64,000 nucleotides of DNA from Alphaproteobacteria bacterium. GTDB lineage: Bacteria > Pseudomonadota > Alphaproteobacteria > Bin95. The stretch is from contig OZ219788.1 of the NCBI GenBank assembly GCA_964291285.2, positions 192,001-256,000 of the forward strand, read 5' to 3'. Numbering within the stretch: the stretch's first letter is position 1; every line of letters begins with the position of its first letter. Below, piece by piece: positions 50,382 to 60,800 of this stretch. A program made the position numbers and the translations under genes. The notes below the pieces were generated by a model. The model made no database searches and was not told the origin of the DNA. It was given only the letters and a program-made list of their open reading frames with translations.

Positions 50382-51082
50382 TGGAGGTTACGGTCGAGTG
50401 TGACCTGCGTCATTTGTTCGGCCCGGCGCGCGATCAAGGTATGCGGCCAACCTGCATGGCCTTCGCGGCAAGCGACGCCCACGCGGCAGCCCGGCCGGGT
50501 TGGGTTCCACTGTCGTGCGAATACGCCTATTTCCATGCACTGAAACGGGACGGGGGCATCCCAGATGACGGGACAACGCCCGATGCTATGCTGACGGCGA
50601 TCAAAGAGGACGGGCAGCCACCAGAGACGGCTTGGGCGTACCTGCCGCGCATGCCAGCCGACTTTACGCTATGGAAGCCGCCCGAAAGCGTCAGCCCTAT
50701 CTACCGGCGTGCCAACGCCTATGACCGCGCATCACTCGCGGCAATCCGCACAGGGCTAGATGCCGGAGTACCGATGATCACAACGATGTGTCTGTCCGAT
50801 GCATTCTTCCAGCCCGACCCGGACGGCATTATCGACGCATGCGAGCCACCCGACCCGCAGCGGCGGCACGCGATTATCGCGGTCGGCTATGGCACTCGGA
50901 GTGGCAACCGACTGATCCTTGTACGGAATAGCTGGGGCACGGACTGGGGCGCCGATGGTTATGCGTGGGTAAGCGAAAGCTATCTTGTACCCCGTTTGTA
51001 CGATTTTGCAGAAATGAAAGAGGATCTGACGAGTGTACCTGCCGATCCCAACGCAGCCAACGTGCGCAACAGCGTGGCTTGA
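50381..51082 (+). CDS. papain-like C1 family cysteine peptidase
   Basis: DQG.RPTC.AFA (oxyanion Q, catalytic C), HAIIAVGYG (H), RNSWG..WG..GY (N); no signal peptide. Confidence 0.92.
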   Translation: MEVTVECDLRHLFGPARDQGMRPTCMAFAASDAHAAARPGWVPLSCEYAYFHALKRDGGIPDDGTTPDAMLTAIKEDGQPPETAWAYLPRMPADFTLWKPPESVSPIYRRANAYDRASLAAIRTGLDAGVPMITTMCLSDAFFQPDPDGIIDACEPPDPQRRHAIIAVGYGTRSGNRLILVRNSWGTDWGADGYAWVSESYLVPRLYDFAEMKEDLTSVPADPNAANVRNSVA

Positions 51083-51842
51083 GGCCTTGGTGGCTGTCGA
51101 CAAGGTGCCCGGCCACGAAGCGCACAATGTGATTATCGACGTGGCCGAGCCGCTGGCGCAGACCGCTGCCGACGCGCGCATGATAAAGGTCGCCGACGAT
51201 TTCTTACGTGGCCGTGGCGCAATGCCCCTGCAATCCGTGGCGAATACGATCTTCCCGGAGGGTCTATACCGGCGGCACGGCGCGCCTGCTCTCTATCACG
51301 TGTATGGACAGGTTTACCAGCAGGTAAAGAAGAAGCAAGGCGATTGGGGCCGGTATTTTGAACGGATGATTCGCCGCCCGACTACAAACGGCAAGAACAT
51401 CAATCCTCTCGCCGACATGATTGCGAAAATGACGCAGCATGTTCACGGTGGCGGCAAAACGTTCCGCAACATATACGAGTTGACCGTTTCCGATCCAGCT
51501 CTCGATGTGCCCATCTATGATCCCGAACGTGATGCCGGGCCGGTGATGAACCGACAGTGCATGAGCTTCCTGAGCTTCAAGCTTGATCATGAAAACCGCA
51601 TGATGCTGACCGCCTTGTACCGGAACCACTATTACATCGAACGGCTGTTCGGCAATCTGATTGGCCTCGCTCGGCTGATGGCTTTCGTTGGGCGCGAGGC
51701 CAATGTGCCGGTTGGTCCGCTGACCGTCATCTCCACCCACGCCGAAATCGACACGCGGCGCGGCTGGAAACGCCACGATATCAAAGAGCTAATCGCTGCG
51801 TGTCGGGAAGCCACAGCTCAAAAGGTGAGCGTCGTCGCGTAG
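51033..51842 (+). CDS. divergent thymidylate synthase-like protein
   Basis: QCMSFLSF...L.ALYRNH...LFGN..GL..L...G.L..ISTHA parallels the TS PC/YQRS/PFN/H motifs. Confidence 0.65.
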   Translation: MYLPIPTQPTCATAWLEALVAVDKVPGHEAHNVIIDVAEPLAQTAADARMIKVADDFLRGRGAMPLQSVANTIFPEGLYRRHGAPALYHVYGQVYQQVKKKQGDWGRYFERMIRRPTTNGKNINPLADMIAKMTQHVHGGGKTFRNIYELTVSDPALDVPIYDPERDAGPVMNRQCMSFLSFKLDHENRMMLTALYRNHYYIERLFGNLIGLARLMAFVGREANVPVGPLTVISTHAEIDTRRGWKRHDIKELIAACREATAQKVSVVA

Positions 51843-51846
51843 GCGA

Positions 51847-52497
51847 TTACCTGCCTGCGCTGGCGGTGCAACGTACGCCGTAGAGGTCGCACATGCTGTG
51901 AATGAACTCCTTCTGTCCACCATAACTCGGATGCCGCACGGCGGTCGACGCAAGATCAAGGTGGGAGAGCGCTTGCTGCGCATCGCGGCCTATGGCGACG
52001 AGGCGCCGGGGCCGGAGCATCTGCATCAGGGTCAACAAAAGATCGCGGAACACGTCCCTCTCCGCGCGCGTATGACGGCGATTGGAAAGGGGCTCGCCAG
52101 TCTCGAAGGGATGAAGCGGGAACACGTTCCACAGGAAGATTGGCCTGTCGATTTGGGTGAGCACCTTCCAGACGATGGCCGCCGTACGCTCGGCCATTGG
52201 TGGCCCTTTCGTCGCGCGTGAGATCGACACACCGTAAATCTCTCTGAATGTCTGCAGGTGAATATCGTCCGTGAGCGGCAACCCGGTCCGGCGTCCGCCA
52301 CGATAACCCAGATCGCGCGCAAGCCAAATTGAGTCCACTTCTTCATCCGCAATAGCTTCAAGAAAAGCGCACAAATTGGCGTGCCGCCTTTTCGGAGCGT
52401 CAGCGCGATCATGGACCGGACAAACATCGCTGTACGGATTAAAAACAGCGTCGAGATGGACGCCGCTCAAGGCCTCGACAAGGGCGGACGGTTTCAT
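51847..52497 (-). CDS. uracil-DNA glycosylase superfamily protein
   Basis: FNPY, GYRGGRRTG.P.TD, WNVFP.HP, SNR, VA.GR.A, VRHPSYGG. Confidence 0.85.
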   Translation of the reverse strand: MKPSALVEALSGVHLDAVFNPYSDVCPVHDRADAPKRRHANLCAFLEAIADEEVDSIWLARDLGYRGGRRTGLPLTDDIHLQTFREIYGVSISRATKGPPMAERTAAIVWKVLTQIDRPIFLWNVFPLHPFETGEPLSNRRHTRAERDVFRDLLLTLMQMLRPRRLVAIGRDAQQALSHLDLASTAVRHPSYGGQKEFIHSMCDLYGVRCTASAGR

Positions 52498-53729
52498 GCG
52501 GGCAACCTCTCAAAGGTTATGGTTCGTTCATTCAGATCGGCGATAACACTACCGCGTCTGTGCTCGCGTAGCGCACGAAACACTTCATAGCCGCTCAGGA
52601 TTGCCTCTTCCCATAGCCAGAGCGGGCAGCGCTCCGGTTCATATCCGGTGACGAGCGCCCGCGCATTTTTGAGAAGGCCGTAATCGACACCGCTTAAATT
52701 CTCGAAAAAATTCACCTGCGTAGCGTGATTGAATATCCAGGTCGCAACACCTTCCTCAATCAGTATGGCGCGAGCTCCGTCCTCGGCCTCATCGATCTCG
52801 GGACGGCTTTTGCGCTTGACCCGAAAGAGCGCCCGCATGACCGGGGACCACCCCAGTTTGGCCGCGTAAGCAAGATGGAAAACATCATGGAAGCAATAAT
52901 CGTCTTTTTCCAGCTTGTTGTCGGTAAGCCGGTCACCGACATTGATGCCATTGCAGCGCAGAAAAACATACATCTTTTTTTTCACCGTCTTCTCGAAAAT
53001 CTGCATCTCGATACGCCGCGGAATCTGCTCCCCGGAATCGTATTCGTCGTCGAAGAGCGGCGGATAGATGCACTTCAGTGGCCAGCGGTCGTAAATCTTG
53101 GAGAGATTGCGATGCGCGGCTTCGCCCAAGCTGACGCCGACGTTGTTAGCAGCTTTTATAATAGTACGGAATACAGCTTCCATGTGGTCCGAAAGGCCAC
53201 CGGACCCGTCCGCGATTTGACTTGCCGAAAAATCGGCGATCAGTTTGCCAACCTCGCCGGCCAAACGTATGAGCGTTGTCTCGAACACGGCTTCGGCGTC
53301 CGGTCCTGAGACCGACAACGTTGGCTGAAGCATTGAAAAGGTGATGTCTGGCACGCTATCGTTGGAACCGCCGTCACTGATGCGGCTGGCGAGCACTGGA
53401 AGCGTGATCTGTGCCCGGCTGGCCAAGCGGGAGAAATACCAAAGGACGTCCCCCAACTCTTCGATGACTGACTGCTGGTAACCGAAATAAGAATCGGAAT
53501 CGCGCTGCTTCTTCTTAAGTTCAGACAGCAGGCTTCCTGCCTCGCCAAACAGACCTAGCAGAGGGAAAGAAATTCCCTCGGGCATCCGGTCTGTACCGCA
53601 GGACAGGGTTTGATATTGCGCGAGAGTGAGTTCGCAATAGGGAGCTCTCAGAACTGCCTCAAGCGCACCTGACATTTTGTCGCGGTGCTCCGCAGAGTTC
53701 TTGCTCTCGCCGAAACGGAGGTTCGCCAT
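52494..53729 (-). CDS. MazG-like nucleoside triphosphate pyrophosphohydrolase with MazG-C-type C-terminal domain
   Basis: LGLFGEAG...ELKK, EELGDVLWY; second degenerate MazG repeat; C-terminal D.Y.FHD.FHLA...LGWSPV.R....KRKS....DE.EDGARA; GAGG RBS at MANL start. Confidence 0.85.
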   Translation of the reverse strand: MANLRFGESKNSAEHRDKMSGALEAVLRAPYCELTLAQYQTLSCGTDRMPEGISFPLLGLFGEAGSLLSELKKKQRDSDSYFGYQQSVIEELGDVLWYFSRLASRAQITLPVLASRISDGGSNDSVPDITFSMLQPTLSVSGPDAEAVFETTLIRLAGEVGKLIADFSASQIADGSGGLSDHMEAVFRTIIKAANNVGVSLGEAAHRNLSKIYDRWPLKCIYPPLFDDEYDSGEQIPRRIEMQIFEKTVKKKMYVFLRCNGINVGDRLTDNKLEKDDYCFHDVFHLAYAAKLGWSPVMRALFRVKRKSRPEIDEAEDGARAILIEEGVATWIFNHATQVNFFENLSGVDYGLLKNARALVTGYEPERCPLWLWEEAILSGYEVFRALREHRRGSVIADLNERTITFERLPA

Positions 53730-53829
53730 CAAATCCTCACATCCTACCGCAACTGGGGGAAGGGCCGATGATGACCCCTCCTGCCCGGCCTCGTCGCAGT
53801 GGGCATTCCAACACGCCGTGCACGCTCGC

Positions 53830-54723
53830 CTACTCTCGTCTGGCACCGAAACCACCGACGATGCCGCGTTTCTCGAAGGCGCCCGCGGCTTCGGCATGGT
53901 TCGGGCCGTGGAAGCCGCCCCGGATGATATCCCCCGAGGCTCCGGAACCGAATGTGCCGTCCGCGCCGACCGGAACGTCGTCGAAGCTGACGGCGTCGAC
54001 GGGCCAGGCATTGCCGTTCGCATTATCCCGGATGTTGCCGATCGCCACGTCGATCGTGCCGGCCGCAGCGCTCCAGGAGAGAGTCGCGTCCCCGGCCAGG
54101 CGGGTTCCGGCCGCGGCTTCCTCGACTGCCGTCCCGACCATCCGCCCGGTCCATGTCGCGCTGGCCGGCGGTCGCGACCCTGTCAGGTCTCTGCCCGCAA
54201 ACCCGAAGCGCGTCATCGGCTGCCCGGGTTCTTCGGCCACGCCGAACACGCTGTGCGTCATCCAGTAGCCGTAGGTTCTCCGGTCGCCGGACCGGTATTG
54301 GAAGTCGGTTGCACCGTTGCGGGCGGCGCCCCTGGCGACGCCTGAAATATCCGCAGGGAACAGGTCGGAGATCGTCCGGGCCGGGGGCGCACCCTCACCG
54401 GTCCACAGGCAGCGGGCCCGGGCGCATGTGGCCGTCGCGACAGGACTGCTTCCGGCATGGGCGCCGGTCGCGACGAGGGTATCCGCGCGCCGGGCGAAGT
54501 CCCGGGCACGCGCCTTTTGCTCCTCCGGACCCTCCGACCCGGACGGATCGACGCCGACTACCTCCCTGGCGACATGATCGCCGAAGTCGCCGCCCAATTT
54601 CTTGAAATCGGAACCGGAGCAGGCGCCCAAAGTCAGCAGGAGGGCTGCCGCAACAGCCCCGGAAGGACCGGATATTCGGGCCTTCCGCCGGCAAAACAGG
54701 TATGGCGATCCGGTGCTGCACAT
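53830..54723 (-). CDS. putative lipoprotein with TbpB-like C-terminal beta-barrel
   Basis: Lipobox LTLGAC; ATW.G.MVG, G.F.GPNH.E.AG.F....G.FGA terminus; start uncertain. Confidence 0.65.
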   Translation of the reverse strand: MCSTGSPYLFCRRKARISGPSGAVAAALLLTLGACSGSDFKKLGGDFGDHVAREVVGVDPSGSEGPEEQKARARDFARRADTLVATGAHAGSSPVATATCARARCLWTGEGAPPARTISDLFPADISGVARGAARNGATDFQYRSGDRRTYGYWMTHSVFGVAEEPGQPMTRFGFAGRDLTGSRPPASATWTGRMVGTAVEEAAAGTRLAGDATLSWSAAAGTIDVAIGNIRDNANGNAWPVDAVSFDDVPVGADGTFGSGASGDIIRGGFHGPNHAEAAGAFEKRGIVGGFGARRE

Positions 54724-55873
54724 GCTGTGGCTCCTCCCTGTCCGTATCACGGAAGCAGCGCGTTGTGGGCAAATGCCCGATGTGCCGGGATAGCGCCGAC
54801 CCACCTCGCGATCCGCCTGGCGGTCACGGTCGCTCTCCGACCGACTGTTCCCGCAGTTCCGCAAACGGACAGGGAAGGCCCGCAATGATGGCAACGGTCT
54901 CCACGCTGACCTGCACGATGCGGCACAACGCCGGGATGAGGTCACGCGGGTCGTCGAACCAGCCGTTGGGGTCATTGACGATGCCGCTCTGCCGGTCGCG
55001 GACGATACGGTAACGGTCGATCAGCCATTCGAGCGGGGTGCGCCCGTTTACCCGATACTCGTGTGCTTGCGGGGGGATGCCCGACAGGCGGACCAGGTCG
55101 TTGACGATGAGAACGGTCCGGTCCGCGTCGGCAAAGCGCATGGCGCGCTGGCCGAGCCGGAATTGCGTCGGCGCAGGCTCGCCTTTCCCGGCATAGTCGA
55201 GCCGCAGCGGATATTCCTCGCAGGTCTCGTAGCCGAGATGCAGCGCCGCGAGGCGGCGGCCGGCCTCGGCGAAGGCATGGAAATCGCCGGCGAGCGGAAT
55301 GCGCGGCAACTCCTTCGTCAGGTCGTTGGCGAAACGCTCCCGGTATGAGGGCGCATGCAGGACGCCATAGACATAGTCGAAGATCGCGTCCTTCGTTATC
55401 GTGCTGTCGCCGTAGCGCACCCGGAAGGCGCGCAACGCGGTGTCGGCAATGTTGTCGATGCACGTCGGCGGCGGTCCCATGCCGGGCAGGCTCTGCTGGT
55501 CGTCGTGGCGCTCATAGCGGTATCGCGGGAAGCACTGGCCGAAAGCGACCAGATGGAGGTCCGGCATCGTATCGACGACCAGTGCGGAGAACGGCTTGGT
55601 CGAGCCGACCCCCGGGACGCAGATCGCGCGGTTCCCGGTCTCGGCGGTGGGGAAGATGCTGTCCTGCTGGTACTTGTTGTTGACCAGGACATAATCGACA
55701 TAACAGTGCTGCTTGATGAATGGTCGGTATTGCGTCTCCCAGACATTACCTTGCGAATAAGCGACCTCCTTACGTCGCCGGAGGTTGTTTTTGAGTTCCC
55801 GATCCCATCGAACACCTGCCGAATGGCGATTCGCGATCTGCTCCACGGTTTTATCGGGATCGTCGTTTTTCTT

Positions 55874-57812
55874 GAGGCGTGTGCGCTGTTTGGAAGTGCT
55901 TTCTGAGCAAGGCATTGCGGAGGGTCTGGATTTTTCTTACCCCGTCAGGATGGCTGATTTCCGGGGTTTTTGCGGTTTGAAGGGAAAGGTTTTGTGGATT
56001 TCCACCCCATGGCCGTGCGCGGGCTGGTTTTCGGGCGCGTCGCGTTGAGGCGCGGGACTGAGTAGAAGGTGTCGCCATCGGGCCTGCGGCCCTTGTTCCA
56101 TCCACCGGCGCTGGTTGGGAGAACGTGATGGCGACAGCGGAGAAGTTAGCCTTTTCGTGGTGGTCTGTGGAGGGCCTTGCGGACCTTGAGCGTCTGCGTG
56201 TGGTGCTCGACACGCTTCCCGACGAGAAGGTTGTGGCTGCGCTTGAGGCGGGTCGAGGCCGGGGTCGCAACGACTACCCGGTGCGGGCGATGTGGCGGGC
56301 TCTGATCGCGGGGATCGTGTTCCAGCATGCCTCGATGCAGTCGCTGCTGCGTGAGCTGGGCCGCAACCCGGCATTGCTTGAGATTTGCGGGTTCGAGGCG
56401 CTGCCCTTGCAGGGTGCGCCGGTGGTGGCGCTTTGCGCAGGGCGCGCGGTGAGGCGTCCGGCGCCGTTGCGCTCGACGGTGCCGGGCGCCTGGAACTTCT
56501 CGCGGTTCCTGGGGCGCGTGGTGCGCCTTGAGGACGAGCGCGGCCTTGTGTCGGGGATGATCGGGCGTCTGCGCGCCTCGCTGTTCGAGGAGTTGCCGGA
56601 CTTCGGTCGCCATCTCGGCTACGACGGCAAGGCGGTGGCGAGCCACTCGACGGGCCGGGTTGCCGGGGCCAGGGGGCAGACCTCGGACCCCGATGCGGAC
56701 TGGGGCAGGCACGAGACGGGCGGGGTGAACGCGAAGACCGGCGCGGTGTGGAAGAAGGTGAAGTCGTGGTTCGGCTACGGGCTGCACCTGATCGCCGACA
56801 CGGACCACGAGGTTCCTGTGGCCTTCGAGGTGACGCGGGCGTCGGCATCGGAACCCGGGGTGCTGTCCGGGATGCTGGAGGAGTTGTTCGCCGAGGCGCC
56901 GGAGATGGCCGGGCGCTGCGCCGATTTCAGCGCCGACCGCGGTCTCGACAACGCCCGCCTGAAGGCGCGGTTGTGGGACAGGTGGCATATCCGCCCGCTG
57001 ATCGACACGCGCCTGATGTGGCGGGTCGAGAAGAAGGAGCCGGGCCATGACCCGGCCCGGCCGATCACGCGACCGCTGTTCCCCGGGCGCGCCGACGTCA
57101 TCGTTCATGACGAACGCGGCCGGGTGTCCTGCGTGTGCCCGCAGACCGGCGAGGTCCGCGCCATGGCCTTCCAGGGGTTCGAGGTCGGGCGCGGCGTCTG
57201 CGGCACGCTCAAATACCGCTGCCCCGCAGCCGCCTTCGGCTTCGAGTGCAAGGGACGCCGGGCCTGCCATCGGGCGGGTGGGGTGAAGTCCGGCGAATAC
57301 GGCCGCATCCTGCGCGTCGACCTCGACAGCCATGACCGGCGTATCTTCACGCCCACGCCCTGGGGCAGCCCGTCATGGCGGCGCGGATACAACCGGCGCA
57401 CCGCCATGGAGCGGATCAACGCCCGCCTCGACCGCAGCTTCAACTTCGAGACCCATTACATCCGCGGACGCGCGAAGATGAAGACCCGCATCGGGCTGGC
57501 CCTGGCGGTCATGATGGCCATGGCGCTTGCACAGGCCCGCGCCGGACGCGTCGCACGCATGCGCTCCCTGGTCGGCCCGGCGCCATACCTCGATACCGGC
57601 TGACCCCTCAGCCGACTGCCGACAACGCTGACCCAACCCGCCGGACCCCGGCATACGGACAAACGCGACCGAAGGCCGGCGATGCTGCCGGGCTGGGCCG
57701 CTCAAGTTCGAAAAGCAACCGCGGCGACCGCCTCGAACGCCGGAACAAACAACATCAACACCCGGACCCAACGTCCCATCCGACCGGAAAAACCCCACAG
57801 CGCAAATTTCTC
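55874..57812 (+). mobile_element. IS1182-like DDE insertion sequence, copy 1 (1939 bp)
   Basis: Ends GAGGCGTGTGCGCTGT / ACAGCGCAAATTTCTC; 5-bp TSD TTCTT. Confidence 0.88.
56125..57603 (+). CDS. transposase (DUF772-type N-terminus, DDE)
   Basis: GR.DYP..AM, DGK, DPDADWG, FGY.LH, ADRG.D, Y.RR...ER.N. Confidence 0.88.
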   Translation: MMATAEKLAFSWWSVEGLADLERLRVVLDTLPDEKVVAALEAGRGRGRNDYPVRAMWRALIAGIVFQHASMQSLLRELGRNPALLEICGFEALPLQGAPVVALCAGRAVRRPAPLRSTVPGAWNFSRFLGRVVRLEDERGLVSGMIGRLRASLFEELPDFGRHLGYDGKAVASHSTGRVAGARGQTSDPDADWGRHETGGVNAKTGAVWKKVKSWFGYGLHLIADTDHEVPVAFEVTRASASEPGVLSGMLEELFAEAPEMAGRCADFSADRGLDNARLKARLWDRWHIRPLIDTRLMWRVEKKEPGHDPARPITRPLFPGRADVIVHDERGRVSCVCPQTGEVRAMAFQGFEVGRGVCGTLKYRCPAAAFGFECKGRRACHRAGGVKSGEYGRILRVDLDSHDRRIFTPTPWGSPSWRRGYNRRTAMERINARLDRSFNFETHYIRGRAKMKTRIGLALAVMMAMALAQARAGRVARMRSLVGPAPYLDTG

Positions 57813-60800
57813 TTCTTGAAATCGCGCAGCGCCGCCTGATAGTCTTCCACCATCCGCCGCGCGTTCTCCGCACAAGCGTCGCGGGAGAAACTGTAAATGT
57901 AGGCGTCCCGGCTGGTCGCCAACCCCCTCGAATACAGCCGGAACACCGCCTCGTCCGTTCTGCCCGCCTTCGCCGTCTTCGATCCCAGGGGATAGAGCGC
58001 CCGGAACGCCTCGTTACGCTGGCCGATCCAGTCGTGGTGCCGGTCGGGGGCGGTCTCCTCCCAGTCCGTGACGCCGGCGATCGACCCCCACTCGCGCAAC
58101 AGCCCCAACTTGTCCTCGCGGGAGAGATAATCGCCGATGTCGCGGTAGAGGATGCGGCAGCCGTCATGCTGCGCGTCCGGATTCTTCGCGAGGACGGCGA
58201 TCGCGACCGGCGCCCGGGACCCTTGGCCGAAGGCGTTATCGCCTTCCGAGCGGCGGCGTTCCCCCGATGTCCGGGCATTACCCCGCAGGTTCACCACATG
58301 GATCGACGAGAACTCCTCCGCCAGGCAGGCGCGGACGCCGGAGTCGACATTGCCGTCGATCCAGGAACCGTTGGTCACGAAGGCCACGACGCCCCGGTCG
58401 CCGATGCGGTCCGAGGCCCAGCGGATTGCCATCTTGTATGTATCGTAGAGACTGTTCTTCAGCGTTGCCGTGGAGCGGGCGGCATAGGTCTCGGCGACGC
58501 GCTGCTCGATTTCCGGATAGCTCACATTCGGGTTGTCATCGGCCGAACTCCGCTGTCCCGCGGACCAGGGCGGGTTGCCGACGATGACCTGGATGGGCAG
58601 TTGCTGCTGGCGTTCGGCGCGTTCGCTGTTGCCGGGCAGCCAGTCCTTCGGGAAGCCCGAGCGCCCGGTATGCAGGTTGAAGGTGTCGGTGAGCACGATG
58701 CCGCCGAAGGGTTCATACTCTTCATTGTCGCCGACCCGGCCGTGGAACGCCTCCTCGATATGGATGGCGGCGATGTAGTAGGCGAGCAGGACAAGCTCGT
58801 TGGCGTGCAACTCCTCCCGGTACTTGCGCCCGAGGTCGGCATCGCGAAGCAGCGCCGACTGCAACAGCCGGACCAGGAAGATGCCCGTCCCGGTAAAGGG
58901 GTCGAGGATGTGGACACCCTTGTCGCTCAGGCCCCGGCCGAACTCCTCGCGCGCCACATGGTCGGCGCTTGCGAGGATGAAGTCCACGATCTCGACCGGC
59001 GTGTAGACGATGCCAAGCCGGTCCGCTTCCTTCTTCATCGCCGTCGCGAAGAACTTCTCGTAGAGTTCCATCAGCACGCGCTGGCGGGCTTCCGGGTTGT
59101 CGAGCCCGCGCGCCCGCAGCCTTACGCTTTCGTAGAAGCGGTCCAGGTCACGGGTTTCGTTTTCCAGCCCGAATTCGCCGAAGTCGCGCCGCAGCGCATC
59201 CAGCGCCCGGGCGACCGGGTTGCCGCCAGCGAAGTCGTAACCCTCGAACAGCGCCTCGAACACCGGACGAGTCAGGATGTGCTGCGCCATCATGTCGATG
59301 GCGCTCTCGGTCGTGATCGATTCGTTGATAGAGACCTTCAACTCTTCGTGGAACGCCTCGAACCACTCGCTCAGGGTCTCGTTGCCGGGGTCGGCAAGCA
59401 GGCCGCCGATGCGCGTCACGAGGCGTGAGAAGATATCCGCGACATCCTTGGCCCAGCTTTCCCAGTATCTGCGGTCGCCGCATTTCTCGACGATCTTCGC
59501 GTAGATTGCGCCGGGTGGCAGATCGAGAGGGGGGAACGCAAGCTCGGGCGAGTCGGGGATGACCTCCCCGTTGACGCCATCCCGGCTGAAGATGATCCGA
59601 TCCGTCGGCCGGTCGTTCAGATCGATCTGGTTAATCTCGGCGTCGAAACGGTCGTCGTGCGAGCGCAGGGCGCGCAGGACGCTCCAGACGACATCGAACT
59701 CCTTGCCGCTGTCGAGCACCAGGACCGGATCGCGCCCCTCCGGCACCGCGATCGGGAGCACGATATAGCCGTAGGTCTTGCCTTCGGCCTTGCGCATGGC
59801 GCGGCCCACGGCCTGGACAATGTCGACAGTGCTCCGGCGCTCGGTCATGAAGATCACCGCGTCGAGCGCCGGCACGTCGATCCCTTCCGACAGGCACCGG
59901 GCGTTCGAGAGGATGCGGCAGCCGCCCTCTGTCGTCCCTTTCAGCCATTCGAGACACGCCTTGCGTTCAAGGGCGTGATGCTGTCCGTCCACATGCCGCG
60001 TCTCGCACCGGAGCGCCGCGCGCCGTTCAGCTTCCGGCAATAGTGCGGCGGCCTGCTCGACGAGACCGCTCCAGTGCTGAGCCAGAAGTTGCGACGACCT
60101 GATCCGGTCGGTAAACGCGATCGCGCGGCGAAGCGGCCGGCCGGGACCGTCTTCCGGCCGCCGGTTTTCCGGATCCTGCAGGACCCGCCAGCAGCCGACG
60201 ATCCGGGCGACGTCGCTCAGGTTGACCGCGCCGTCCGACGAGGCGAGGTGGGCCTGCAACGCCCTGTCCACATGGCTCTCCGACAGGGCGAAAATGGCGA
60301 CCCTGTAGTCCGACAGCAGACCCTGCTCGATGGCCCGGGAGAACGGGAGGCGGTGGAACTCCGGCCCGTAGGTCGCCTCGTCGTCCATCGAGAAGACGTC
60401 GACGCCATGGCTTGCGGCTTTCGTCTTCGCCCCTTCGGTATAGAGCCTCGGCGTTGCCGTCATGTAGAGGCGCCGCGCGGCCCGGATACGACCGGCGTCG
60501 TGCACGAGGACGAAGGGCGAGGTCTTGTCGCCGGGGCGCTCGATCCCCGTCGTCCGGTGCGCCTCGTCGCAGAGGACCAGATCGAACGGCGGAGCACCTT
60601 CGTCCTGCGCCTGCGCGACGAGGCCGATCGAATGGTAGGTGCAGAACACCGCGGTCATCGCATCCGGCGACGCAAGTTGCAATGCCTGGCCGATGGCGCC
60701 CGGATCGGTGGTCACGGGGATTTCCAGCTCCAGGAACGAGGCGTCCTCGTCGGCGCGCCCCGCGCGGGTATCCGAGCAGATGCCGACATAGCGGTGCGCC

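Noticed and set aside
52494-54023. 509-aa version of the MazG protein
   Set aside because: The extension overlaps the lipoprotein gene and is low-complexity; an RBS supports the ATG at 53729
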